Source: an uncultured Candidatus Saccharibacteria bacterium (lineage in GTDB: Bacteria > Patescibacteriota > Minisyncoccia > Minisyncoccales > JAGGXC01). Taken from it: a DNA stretch of 56,388 nucleotides. Shown here piece after piece: positions 17,218 through 25,822 of the stretch (the first letter of the stretch is position 1; the number at the start of each line of letters is the position of its first letter). Both the position numbers and the translations under genes were made by a program. The notes below the pieces were generated by a model. That model saw only the letters and a list, made by a program, of their open reading frames with translations. It did not search any database and had not been told where the DNA came from. The stretch spans positions 1 to 56,388 of the forward strand of contig CAZSHN010000002.1 in the NCBI GenBank assembly GCA_964607015.1. The letters are read 5' to 3'.

Positions 17218-17247
17218 ATTATATCACAGATGCCTATATTTTGTCAA
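17218..17247 (-). promoter_or_regulatory. Consensus sigma70 promoter immediately downstream of the rplU stop
   Basis: Minus strand reads TTGACA (17242-17247), 18-nt spacer ending TGa, TATAAT (17218-17223). Confidence 0.65.
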
Positions 17248-17252
17248 GGGTA

Positions 17253-17564
17253 TTACGCCTCTATCTTTTCTATCTCTATCTTGGTAAAAGGCTGGCGATG
17301 TCCTTTCTTTGATTTTTGTCTTGTTTTTGGTTTGTAATGAAAAACAATTACCTTCTCTCCTTTTCCATGCTCTAGAATTTTAGCAACAACTTTAGCTCCT
17401 TTAACGAAAGGAGTTCCAATTTGTTTTTTTCCATTCTTTTCTACCAACAACACTTCATTAAAGGTTACTTTTCCGCCTTCCTTCTTGTCTATTTTTTCAA
17501 TTTTTATCTTGTCTCCCGGAGAAACTAAATATTGCTTTCCTCCAGTTTTGATTACAGCAATCAT
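17253..17564 (-). CDS. rplU: 50S ribosomal protein L21
   Basis: MIAVIKTGGKQYLVSPGDKIKIEK... with C-terminal KKGHRQPFTKIEI. Confidence 0.95.
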   Translation of the reverse strand: MIAVIKTGGKQYLVSPGDKIKIEKIDKKEGGKVTFNEVLLVEKNGKKQIGTPFVKGAKVVAKILEHGKGEKVIVFHYKPKTRQKSKKGHRQPFTKIEIEKIEA

Positions 17565-17592
17565 GTTAAATAATTTAAATTAATAATTAAAA

Positions 17593-18609
17593 TCAAGATT
17601 GATCTGGTTTGTCTACTTCTAATGGTTTAACTGATTTCTCTTTTTCTGTCAATCTAGCCAGATCTTTATCAACCTTAGAAAACTCTTTATAAGTTTTGTT
17701 ATAAGAATTAACTGTTGTTTTTAAATGATAACCAAGCTTTTGAAGAAATTCCTCATAATTCAATAAGTGCTTCCTTAAATACTCTACTTGGGTTCTTATC
17801 TGTTTAGCAGACTCTTCAATCTGAAGAGCTCTGAGTCCCTGAAGAACAGTTTGAAGATAAGCATAAAAAGAAGTTGGAGAAACTACGATCACATGCTTGT
17901 CTTTAAAAGCATACTCAATCAAATCAGAAGTACTGCTCTTTATTCCTCCGACTTGGTTTACCAACAAGTCATAATAAATTCCTTCCGAAGGAATAAACAT
18001 GAAGGCAAAATCCATTGTTTCTTCGCTTGGTCTAATATATTTTGAAGTTTCTTCAATTCTATTTTTTAAATCATTCCTGAAATCCTTCTCTAAACTTTTC
18101 TTCTTCTCTGGGTCATCTTCTTCTACTATCCTATTATAATTTTCCAGAGAAAATTTAGCATCAATTGGTATTATCTTGTCTTTGACAAAAATAACAGCAT
18201 CAACTACATCTCCATTCTTAAACTTATACTGACACTGATACTGGTGAGGCTGAAAAATATTTTTAAGCAATGTTTCTAAAAAATATTCTCCTAAGATTCC
18301 TCTTTGTTTTGGATTAGCCAAAACATCAGTCAACTTCCCTAATTGATTCTTAACATCAACCACATTCTTGTGATCGGAATGCATTTTTTCCAGCTGAGAA
18401 GTAACATCTTTAACAATCTTATTACTCTCTTGTAATTGATTTTGCAAAGACTCCATGCTCTTTTCTCTTGAATATTTCATCTCTTCTTTTATCTCCTTTA
18501 ACTCTTCTCTAAAAACAGAAAAATCTCCCCTATTCCCTTTTAAAAGAAGATAAAAAGTCACGAAAATCAGTATAGCAATAACACCTAAAAGAGCTAATTC
18601 CATGGTCAT
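17593..18609 (-). CDS. rmuC: DNA recombination protein RmuC
   Basis: N-terminal TM plus coiled coil. RmuC nuclease-like core (RGILGEYFLE, PIDAKFSLENY, MFIPSEG). Confidence 0.85.
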   Translation of the reverse strand: MTMELALLGVIAILIFVTFYLLLKGNRGDFSVFREELKEIKEEMKYSREKSMESLQNQLQESNKIVKDVTSQLEKMHSDHKNVVDVKNQLGKLTDVLANPKQRGILGEYFLETLLKNIFQPHQYQCQYKFKNGDVVDAVIFVKDKIIPIDAKFSLENYNRIVEEDDPEKKKSLEKDFRNDLKNRIEETSKYIRPSEETMDFAFMFIPSEGIYYDLLVNQVGGIKSSTSDLIEYAFKDKHVIVVSPTSFYAYLQTVLQGLRALQIEESAKQIRTQVEYLRKHLLNYEEFLQKLGYHLKTTVNSYNKTYKEFSKVDKDLARLTEKEKSVKPLEVDKPDQS

Positions 18610-18619
18610 AATATTAGCA

Positions 18620-19576
18620 TCAATTCATTAAAATTTCAACTAGAACAAACAAGACGTATATCTCAATCAAAAATAATGCTTCTTTCTTATCTATTTCCTG
18701 TCCGGTACGAGAAAAAACCAAGAAAGAAAACACAGCAATAACAGTAAAAACTACTCCTGCAAGATAAACAGAAGGCACAGACAATTCAAAGGGAGAAATA
18801 AGGGCAACCAACCCAAGGGCTAAAGAAGAATTAACCACTATTGATCCAAGAGCATCACCAACAATCATTTCATTATGCCCCATAATAATAGATCTTACTC
18901 CAAAAACAATTTCAGGAATAGAAGTCCCAAAGGCAACTAGAAATATTCCTAATATAATCAAAGGAAGGTCAAATTGATTGGCTAGTTCTGTTGCTGAATA
19001 AACAACCCCTTCGGCGCTTAACAAAAGAACAACTACCGCTATCAAGAAAATACTCAAATCTTTAATAAAACCCTTAAAACTCACCCAATCTCTTTTAAAA
19101 TGGTTGGAAAACTTTTTGGTAAATCTTTCTTCTTGGCTAAAAAGCCTATAAAAATAAAACAACAACCCAAACAATAAAACCAATCCATCGAACCGAGAAA
19201 GACCGCCGTCAATTATTAAGATCAAAGGTAAAAAAGCAATAAAGGCAGCATAAATAGCAGATCTTTGCAAAATCTTACCTTCCAATTTCAAACCATTAGC
19301 AACAATTGCTGCTATTCCTACTACTAAGGTAAGAATAATAATATTAGAGCCAATAATGTTTCCAACAGAAAGTTCTGGTGTCTGATGAAGAGCAGAAGTT
19401 AGTCCAATAAATATCTCTGGCAAAGAAGTAGTAAAGGCCATTAAAATCGAGGCAACAACAAATTCTCTCCAACCTAAAAATTGAGCTATCCTAGTTAAGG
19501 ACCTAACAATCCATGCACCAGCACGAACTAAGACAAAACAAGATAAGATAAAAATTAATATGTATATACCAGCCAT
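18620..19576 (-). CDS. CaCA-family Na+/Ca2+ (K+-dependent) exchanger, YrbG-like
   Basis: Two alpha-repeat motifs (GNIIGSNIIILTLVVG and GDALGSIVVNSSLALG) in a 10-TM protein. Confidence 0.8.
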   Translation of the reverse strand: MAGIYILIFILSCFVLVRAGAWIVRSLTRIAQFLGWREFVVASILMAFTTSLPEIFIGLTSALHQTPELSVGNIIGSNIIILTLVVGIAAIVANGLKLEGKILQRSAIYAAFIAFLPLILIIDGGLSRFDGLVLLFGLLFYFYRLFSQEERFTKKFSNHFKRDWVSFKGFIKDLSIFLIAVVVLLLSAEGVVYSATELANQFDLPLIILGIFLVAFGTSIPEIVFGVRSIIMGHNEMIVGDALGSIVVNSSLALGLVALISPFELSVPSVYLAGVVFTVIAVFSFLVFSRTGQEIDKKEALFLIEIYVLFVLVEILMN

Positions 19577-19583
19577 GCACTAC

Positions 19584-20696
19584 TTAAAAAAGATAAATAA
19601 CTTTATAAGCAATAGCCAACATAAAAATAAGCATCAAAGGAATGGTTATCTTAAAAGCTTTTCTTCCTTTTAATTTCTGATACATGAGAAGAATTAATAT
19701 CCCGTCAATTCCAAGAGTTATTGCTCCAACAAAAGAAATAACTCCAATAAAACTAAATCCAATTAAGAATAAAAATAAAGGAACGAAACAGGAAATTACA
19801 AAAGAAAGATTCTTATTCATTTTCAAGTCGTACCAAAGAGTCTTTTTTAAAGTAAGACCAAGAATTATAAAAGAAGTGAAGGTAGTCAGAAGCCCGAAAG
19901 CAAGAACCAGACTAATAATTTTATCATCCAAGAAATTCCTTAGCCCTTCAATAGCATCTACAGAAGTTTCTCCCCCGCTAATTCCAACAACTATAAAGAT
20001 AAACGAAATATAAGCAATAATTGGAATTATTACAGCGATAGGAATAATCTTTTTTAAAAGATGTTTGTCTTTACCAAGCATTTCTTCAACCTCAGGAATA
20101 AGTCCTATTCCCCACAACGAAAAAAGGATTGGACCATAAGGAAGAAACAGATTTCCTTTATCGGTAGAAAAATAAACATTATTTAATTCAAAACAAGGCA
20201 ATCCTCTAAAGAAAATAACAATCATTATTCCAAAGAACAAAACTAATCCTAAAAACTCTATTTTGGAAACCATCCCGATTCCAAAAAAGATAATAACAGA
20301 GCCAAGGATAAAATAAACTAAGGTATACATAAGTTCAGACCCACCAAAGTAAGGAGAAAGTAAATCAGAAAAAAACTTCCCTCCGATTATAAGATAAGAA
20401 AGAAGAACTCCGAACATTCCTGTAACAAAAGATGCTAACGATATTCTCTTCCCCCACTTTCCTAAATGAAAATTGGCAAAGCCCGGAGATCTCAAAAAAT
20501 CAGGAGTTTTTAAAGCAATATCACTAAAAATTAACTGCATAATAATAGCCAGAGCTCCTAATCCTATAAAATATCCGATTACTATCCAAGTGCCTGATTG
20601 AACAGTAATATATGGCAAAGCAAACAATCCTACCCCAATAATAGTTCCTGAAAGCGTACAAACCCCATAAACAAACTTTTTAACAATAGAATTCAT
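19584..20696 (-). CDS. Amino-acid transporter-like permease (Aa_trans / Trp-Tyr permease-like)
   Basis: 370 aa, about 11 TM. N-terminal GTIIGVGLFALPY motif. The family assignment is tentative. Confidence 0.5.
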   Translation of the reverse strand: MNSIVKKFVYGVCTLSGTIIGVGLFALPYITVQSGTWIVIGYFIGLGALAIIMQLIFSDIALKTPDFLRSPGFANFHLGKWGKRISLASFVTGMFGVLLSYLIIGGKFFSDLLSPYFGGSELMYTLVYFILGSVIIFFGIGMVSKIEFLGLVLFFGIMIVIFFRGLPCFELNNVYFSTDKGNLFLPYGPILFSLWGIGLIPEVEEMLGKDKHLLKKIIPIAVIIPIIAYISFIFIVVGISGGETSVDAIEGLRNFLDDKIISLVLAFGLLTTFTSFIILGLTLKKTLWYDLKMNKNLSFVISCFVPLFLFLIGFSFIGVISFVGAITLGIDGILILLMYQKLKGRKAFKITIPLMLIFMLAIAYKVIYLF

Positions 20697-20738
20697 AAAA
20701 ACAGTTTTACTTTAATTTACAATCTTTAAACCTTTCTT

Positions 20739-23306
20739 TTATTTAAGACTTTTTTTGACGATAAAATACCATTTAGTAATTTCAATAGACATTAATTTAA
20801 CAGAAGAAAGAGCTAATATAATAACCCAATCATAAAAACTTAATGCTGTTGTTTTTAAAAGGACCTGAAAAGGATGAAAGTAAACAGCAGCAACCATCAT
20901 CAATACTCCAAAAAGAAAACCCATGATCAAATGCTTGTTTGAAAATATATTAATATTCCAAATATTTCTTCTTAAGCTTTTGCAAGAAAAAACATAAAGC
21001 AAAGTTGCCATAGCAAGCATTGTGAAAAGCATTGTTCTGATATAAACGAGGTCATGACCCTGGTCCATTAATAAAAAGAAAACTATAAGTAAAATTGTAT
21101 CAGTGACAGCCCCGATAATGAAAATTATTGTTTTCATTGCTTGAGTCAACAAAGGAACATTATGACCCTGGGGTTTTTGTTTCATTAAATCTTTCTCTTT
21201 TGATTCAAATGCTAAAGCAAGGCCAGGAAAACCATCATTAGCAAGATTCACCCACAGAATTTGAACGGCAGTAACAGGCAAAGGAAGACCAGCTAAAATA
21301 CTGCCACTAATTAATATAATTTCGGTGAATGCGTCAGCAAGCAAATAAGTAATAACTTTTCTAATATTATCAAGAATAGCCCTTCCTTCTTCGACTGCTG
21401 CTACAATAATAGAAAAACTATCATTTAATAAAATTAAATCTGAGGTTTCTCTAGCAACCTCAGTTCCCGATCCAATAGCAACTCCAATATCAGCTTTTTT
21501 AAGAGCAGGTGCGTCGTTAATCCCGTCTCCGGTCATTGCAACGACTTCTCCTTTTTCCTGCCAAGCTTCAATGATTCTCATTTTATGCTTTGGTTCTACC
21601 CGAGCATAAATTTGGATTTTTTCCAATCTCTTTTCTAATTCTGCGTCTGACATCTTATCAAGCTTCGTTCCCTCTAAAATATTTTCTTCTTTCATTTTAA
21701 ACCCAAGCTCTTCAGCTATTGCTTTTGCAGTAAGCTTATGGTCACCGGTAACGATAATTGGCCTCATTCCTGCTTTACGACAAACGCTCATTGCTTTTTT
21801 AACCTCTTTTCTTACTGGGTCTTTTAAAAGAACGAGTCCGGCAAAATCAAGCTTTTTTGTCATTTCTCCAATTGGTTTTTTAATTTTTGTTTCTTTGTAA
21901 GCACTAGCTACAACTCTTAACCCCTGGCTAGCAAATTTCTCTAATTCTTTTTTGAGTTCTCTTTCCTTATTCTTAGTTAATTTACAAATAGCAATAACTT
22001 TCTCTGGAGCTCCGCAGACATAAAGAACCTTCTTGTCTCCTTCTTTGTAAAGAGCAGCGGCATATTTATTAATAGGATTAAACGACGATTCAGATATTTT
22101 ATCTTTTTCAAAGCTTTTGTCCTTTTCTAGTCCAATTTCATTAATACCTGCTTCTAACAAAGCTTGATCAGTAGGTCTTCCTCTAAAAATCCACTTATCC
22201 TTAGATTCGCTTGGATTTTCTAAAAATGCTTCTGAGGTTAGTGCTCCTGCCTTGATAGCCATCTTCTTTTTTCCGTAAGCGCCAACTACTTTCATTTTTC
22301 CTTCAGTCAGGGTAGCAGTTTTATCAGTACAAATAACGGAGGTACTTCCAAGTGTTTCTGCTGAAGATAATTTTCTGACCAATCCTTTCTTTTTAAGGAT
22401 TCTTCTCATTCCCAATGAAAGAATTACCGTCATAGCAACCGGAAGCCCTTCTGGAATAGAAGCAACTGCTATTGCGACTGCCGTGCTAAACATTTCTACA
22501 AAATCTTGACCAGTCAATATCCCTTCTATAAAAACACCAAAAGAAATTAACGAAATTAAAATCCCAACCATTTTGGAAAAACGAGCTAGTTTTTTCTGGT
22601 ACGGAGTTTCTTCTTCCTTTGTTTCGCCCACCATTTCTGCTATTTTCCCAATTTCGGTTTTTTCTCCAGTAGCCGTAACTACTACCTTCGCTTTACCATC
22701 TTCTATTACTGTTCCCATGTAGACCATATTATCTCTATCTGCTAAAGTAGTTTCTTCTTTTAAAATTTCTTTTCCTTTGCTAGCGGCAAGCCATTCTCCA
22801 GTCAATGCCATTTCATTCACTTTAAGATTGTGCTCTTCGATAATCCTTCCATCGGCAGAAATTTTATCACCTGGATTAAGAATTATAATATCTCCCGGAA
22901 CCAATTGAGAAGAATCAATTATTTTTAATCTTCCTTCTCTTAAAACTTCTGCTTCATGCTTAACCACTCTTCTTAACTCTTCTAATGTTTTTGATGCCTT
23001 GTTCTCCTGAACAAAACCAACGATTGCATTTAAAAATACAGCCGCGAGAATAACAATAGAATCTGTTCCTTCTCCAAATAAAAAAGTAACAATTCCAGCA
23101 ATTAATAAGATGTAAATTAAAGGACTGCGAAATTGCTCTAAAAATACTTTGATCTTAGAAGAAGACTTTTTTTCTGAAAGTAAATTAGGGCCAAATTTTT
23201 TTCGCCTTTTATTTACTTCTTTTTCGTCAAGTCCTTTGTTCTCGTCAGTATCAAGAGCTTTCACTGCTTCTTCCCAAGAAATATTATGCCATTTTTTCTC
23301 CTCCAT
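20739..23306 (-). CDS. P-type ATPase, type II (Ca2+-transporting, PMCA/SERCA-like)
   Basis: Cation_ATPase_N start, TGEW (TGES position), phosphorylation loop CTDKTATLT (Ala in place of the DKTGT Gly), TGDHKLTA, and TGDGINDAPALKKADIGVA. Confidence 0.9.
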   Translation of the reverse strand: MEEKKWHNISWEEAVKALDTDENKGLDEKEVNKRRKKFGPNLLSEKKSSSKIKVFLEQFRSPLIYILLIAGIVTFLFGEGTDSIVILAAVFLNAIVGFVQENKASKTLEELRRVVKHEAEVLREGRLKIIDSSQLVPGDIIILNPGDKISADGRIIEEHNLKVNEMALTGEWLAASKGKEILKEETTLADRDNMVYMGTVIEDGKAKVVVTATGEKTEIGKIAEMVGETKEEETPYQKKLARFSKMVGILISLISFGVFIEGILTGQDFVEMFSTAVAIAVASIPEGLPVAMTVILSLGMRRILKKKGLVRKLSSAETLGSTSVICTDKTATLTEGKMKVVGAYGKKKMAIKAGALTSEAFLENPSESKDKWIFRGRPTDQALLEAGINEIGLEKDKSFEKDKISESSFNPINKYAAALYKEGDKKVLYVCGAPEKVIAICKLTKNKERELKKELEKFASQGLRVVASAYKETKIKKPIGEMTKKLDFAGLVLLKDPVRKEVKKAMSVCRKAGMRPIIVTGDHKLTAKAIAEELGFKMKEENILEGTKLDKMSDAELEKRLEKIQIYARVEPKHKMRIIEAWQEKGEVVAMTGDGINDAPALKKADIGVAIGSGTEVARETSDLILLNDSFSIIVAAVEEGRAILDNIRKVITYLLADAFTEIILISGSILAGLPLPVTAVQILWVNLANDGFPGLALAFESKEKDLMKQKPQGHNVPLLTQAMKTIIFIIGAVTDTILLIVFFLLMDQGHDLVYIRTMLFTMLAMATLLYVFSCKSLRRNIWNINIFSNKHLIMGFLFGVLMMVAAVYFHPFQVLLKTTALSFYDWVIILALSSVKLMSIEITKWYFIVKKSLK

Positions 23307-23372
23307 ATATTATTATTATAACAAAAAATAGAGCCTTTTCTAGCTACAAATTTGTGGATTTTTAAATAGTTC

Positions 23373-23397
23373 AGAGAGCGCCTCTTTGGCGCTCTCT
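23373..23397. other. 10-bp perfect GC-containing hairpin between the acidic micro-ORF and the ATPase promoter
   Basis: AGAGAGCGCC-TCTTT-GGCGCTCTCT. No clean U-tract on either strand. Confidence 0.5.
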
Positions 23398-23409
23398 TTA
23401 AAAAACTAA

Positions 23410-23502
23410 CTACTCTTCGTCTTCATCTTCTTCGTCTTCATCTTCGTCTTCATCTTCTTCGTCTTGAAGGAAAAAGTTAAGACCTGGTTTTGTTTCGAAC
23501 AT
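23410..23502 (-). CDS. Possible 30-aa micro-protein with poly-acidic tail (MFETKPGLNFFLQDEEDEDEDEDEEDEDEE)
   Basis: Hand-translated. A TTGACA-17 nt-TATTTT promoter-like box lies about 130 nt upstream. The coding repeat is (GAA/GAC/GAT)n. Confidence 0.2.
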   Translation of the reverse strand: MFETKPGLNFFLQDEEDEDEDEDEEDEDEE

Positions 23503-23667
23503 GTTTCTTTCAGAAGATTCCTTAAAATTAACAAGAAGAGCTAAAATAGCTCGCCTTGAACAAAAAGAACCTCTTTTTTAAAGGAATAGCAAGTCGACCT
23601 AACTTGCTCTCTGTCTCAACAAAAATACTAAATTAAACAATCATTGTCAATAGAGATTATCAACAGA

Positions 23668-23988
23668 TTATCTTTTTGTCTTGTCTGCTAAGAAACCGAA
23701 TAAAAATCCAATTAAACCAAACAGGATTACAGGGCTTATTATCAATAAAATTCTGAACTTAATTTCGGCAGAAAAAGGAAGAAAAGAAACAATCGGAGCG
23801 AAAATAAAATAAATTAAAAATTCAATAATACCAACAATCAACTGAGCTGAATTTTTACAAGCATCTACCCCGCCACCCAAAATCTGAGGATGACATTGGG
23901 TAATATTGCTATAGAGGGCAAAAACTAATCCGATAGCAATTCCTACAATAAGTCCTTTTTTGGAATGAGATAAATTTTTCCAGTTCAT
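23668..23988 (-). CDS. Hypothetical small membrane protein (3 TM)
   Basis: 106-aa hydrophobic ORF. No family recognised. Confidence 0.45.
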   Translation of the reverse strand: MNWKNLSHSKKGLIVGIAIGLVFALYSNITQCHPQILGGGVDACKNSAQLIVGIIEFLIYFIFAPIVSFLPFSAEIKFRILLIISPVILFGLIGFLFGFLADKTKR

Positions 23989-24046
23989 TTAAGTAAAAAG
24001 GTCAAAGGTTTCCCTTTTGACCTCTATCAATAAAATTAATTAAAAA

Positions 24047-24577
24047 TTAGGGTTGGAATAAAGATTCTGGCTGAATAGAAACTTCTTTCACAATTGGAAA
24101 TTGTTTTGCTGTTTTTTCTATTTGAGCTCTTAATATTCCTATCCTGCAAGAACCTCCGCTAGTAAATCCAGGTACCTCAGTAAATTCCAAAGAAAGAATC
24201 CCGTCTTTTAAATTAGTCCCAGTAAGTTTAAAATCAGGATGAGGAAATTCAGTAGAAAAACCTTGCTCTCTTTCCACTGCAGTTAATTCTCCTTGAATCA
24301 AATATCTAATCGTGTCCCTTATTGGATTCGGACTAGCTGAAATTTTTCTTTCAACAGGAATAACTGCTTCTGGACTACAAAGATCACCAATTTCTTCTGC
24401 TTTTTCTTGGTTGTAATAATAAAGTTTTACTAATATTGATTCTGGTTCAGGAGCTTCCCGAGAAGACTCTTCTCTAATCAAGAAATACTGCCAACCAACT
24501 CCTATCCAACAAAAAATAGCAACAATTAAAACAATGATGACGGCGTATTTTGATCTGATTATATTAGAAATACTCAT
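24047..24577 (-). CDS. GerMN-domain protein, N-terminally anchored
   Basis: TM anchor, then the VKLYYYN...VIPVERKI...IRDTIRYLIQGELT..EREQGFSTEFP...LKDGILSLEF pattern typical of GerMN. Confidence 0.55.
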   Translation of the reverse strand: MSISNIIRSKYAVIIVLIVAIFCWIGVGWQYFLIREESSREAPEPESILVKLYYYNQEKAEEIGDLCSPEAVIPVERKISASPNPIRDTIRYLIQGELTAVEREQGFSTEFPHPDFKLTGTNLKDGILSLEFTEVPGFTSGGSCRIGILRAQIEKTAKQFPIVKEVSIQPESLFQP

Positions 24578-24635
24578 ATAAAATATTATAAATTACCTTC
24601 ACTACTTATTTTAGCACAAAAAAATAAATTAACAA

Positions 24636-25067
24636 TTATTGAAAAACCGCTATTTCTTCTTCTTGAATAGAAAATCTATCAGCCATGCCAGAATTTAATT
24701 CCAAAACATATCTTACTTTTTCTTCAGGAAGAATAGCTCTGCACTCTTCTGTAATACAAGGTTGAACATTTTTATCAATACCAACTACTTCCTTGTCTGT
24801 ATTCATCCAAATAATATCTATCGGAAATTCCATATTCTTCATCCAAAAAGAATGCTTTCCTTCTTCGTCAAAAACAAAAAGCATCCCTTTCTCCAAGTCT
24901 AAATCTTTTCTAAACATCAACCCTCTTGCTCTCTCTCTGTTAGTGTCAGCAATTTCAACTATAAAGCAATTGTTTTCGAAGCAAACCTTCTTTGAATCAA
25001 AGAATACAGCCCTAAATGAGGCAAGAACAATTATGATTATAATAATTAATAATATTAACTTCCTCAT
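24636..25067 (-). CDS. DUF192-domain protein
   Basis: VEIADTNRERARGLMFRK...GMLFVF...FWMKNMEFPIDIIWM signature. Confidence 0.7.
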   Translation of the reverse strand: MRKLILLIIIIIIVLASFRAVFFDSKKVCFENNCFIVEIADTNRERARGLMFRKDLDLEKGMLFVFDEEGKHSFWMKNMEFPIDIIWMNTDKEVVGIDKNVQPCITEECRAILPEEKVRYVLELNSGMADRFSIQEEEIAVFQ

Positions 25068-25104
25068 TTTTAGAAAAACTACCTCTTTAAAAGGCAGTAT
25101 TATG

Positions 25105-25177
25105 TGACCCTAAGGGGATTCGAACCCCTGTCACCACTGTGAGAGAGTGGCGTCCTAAACCACTAGACGATAGGGCC
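25105..25177 (-). tRNA. tRNA-Glu (anticodon CUC)
   Basis: Hand-folded: acceptor GGCCCTA/TAGGGTC, D-stem GTCT/GGAC, anticodon stem CCACT/AGTGG with loop CTCTCAC, T-arm AGGGG-TTCGAAT-CCCCT, discriminator A. Confidence 0.9.
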
Positions 25178-25216
25178 TTCTTTCCAATTTTTAACATATT
25201 TCCAATCAATTGTCTA

Positions 25217-25822
25217 TTAGCTTAACTCCTTTATTTTCCTTGAAATATTAACTAAATTCAAATCAAGCATTTTCCCTAAAGCAATCCCTGCCAATACTGC
25301 AGAAACTTTTTTTTCATCATTTTTTCCTTTTAGCCAAAATGGAATTATATTTCCTTGGAAATTAATTTTAAAGTTAGTATCATCATTGATTTTCATATCA
25401 GTTCCTTGAAAATCAGATTTTTTACTAAAACCAAAACTATAAACTTCAGAAAAATTATCTTTTTCAAAATTACTTATGGTAATTGCGTCTGAATTAAAAA
25501 GCAGAAATTTAAAATTTAAAGGAATTTCAATATTATTTTCATAATTCTTTTTGTCCGTTCCAGCAAAAACTAAAACTGATTCTTTAGAATTTTTTAATAA
25601 ATAATTATAAGATTCAATTTCTTTAATATCAGAATTTATCAAAATAAGTTCTCCAAAAAGAATATCAGAAAAACTCAGAGTTCCTTTAACTTTTCTTACT
25701 TTAAAATAATTGTTAATAATTAAAAAAATAAAGTCTGTGATATAAGATTGACTATCTTCTACCACTATCACAATTTTTGGCTTCTTTATTTTTAAAATTA
25801 TTTTTTCAATTACTTTTATCAT
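25217..25822 (-). CDS. Hypothetical protein, possibly a degenerate Mur-ligase-like remnant
   Basis: 201 aa. A 4-nt ATGA overlap with the ftsI stop suggests operon coupling. The C-terminal VSAVLAGIALGKMLDLNLVNISRKIKE resembles the NALAA..A..lG segment of MurE/MurF. There is no GxxGKT P-loop. Confidence 0.4.
   Translation of the reverse strand: MIKVIEKIILKIKKPKIVIVVEDSQSYITDFIFLIINNYFKVRKVKGTLSFSDILFGELILINSDIKEIESYNYLLKNSKESVLVFAGTDKKNYENNIEIPLNFKFLLFNSDAITISNFEKDNFSEVYSFGFSKKSDFQGTDMKINDDTNFKINFQGNIIPFWLKGKNDEKKVSAVLAGIALGKMLDLNLVNISRKIKELS

Noticed and set aside
23405-23470. Tandem cttcgtcttcat-type repeats, considered as a CRISPR or minisatellite array
   Set aside because: The units are 12-15 nt with no spacers and are simply the antisense of GAA/GAC/GAT acidic codons. 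I report this as a possible micro-ORF, not as a repeat array.
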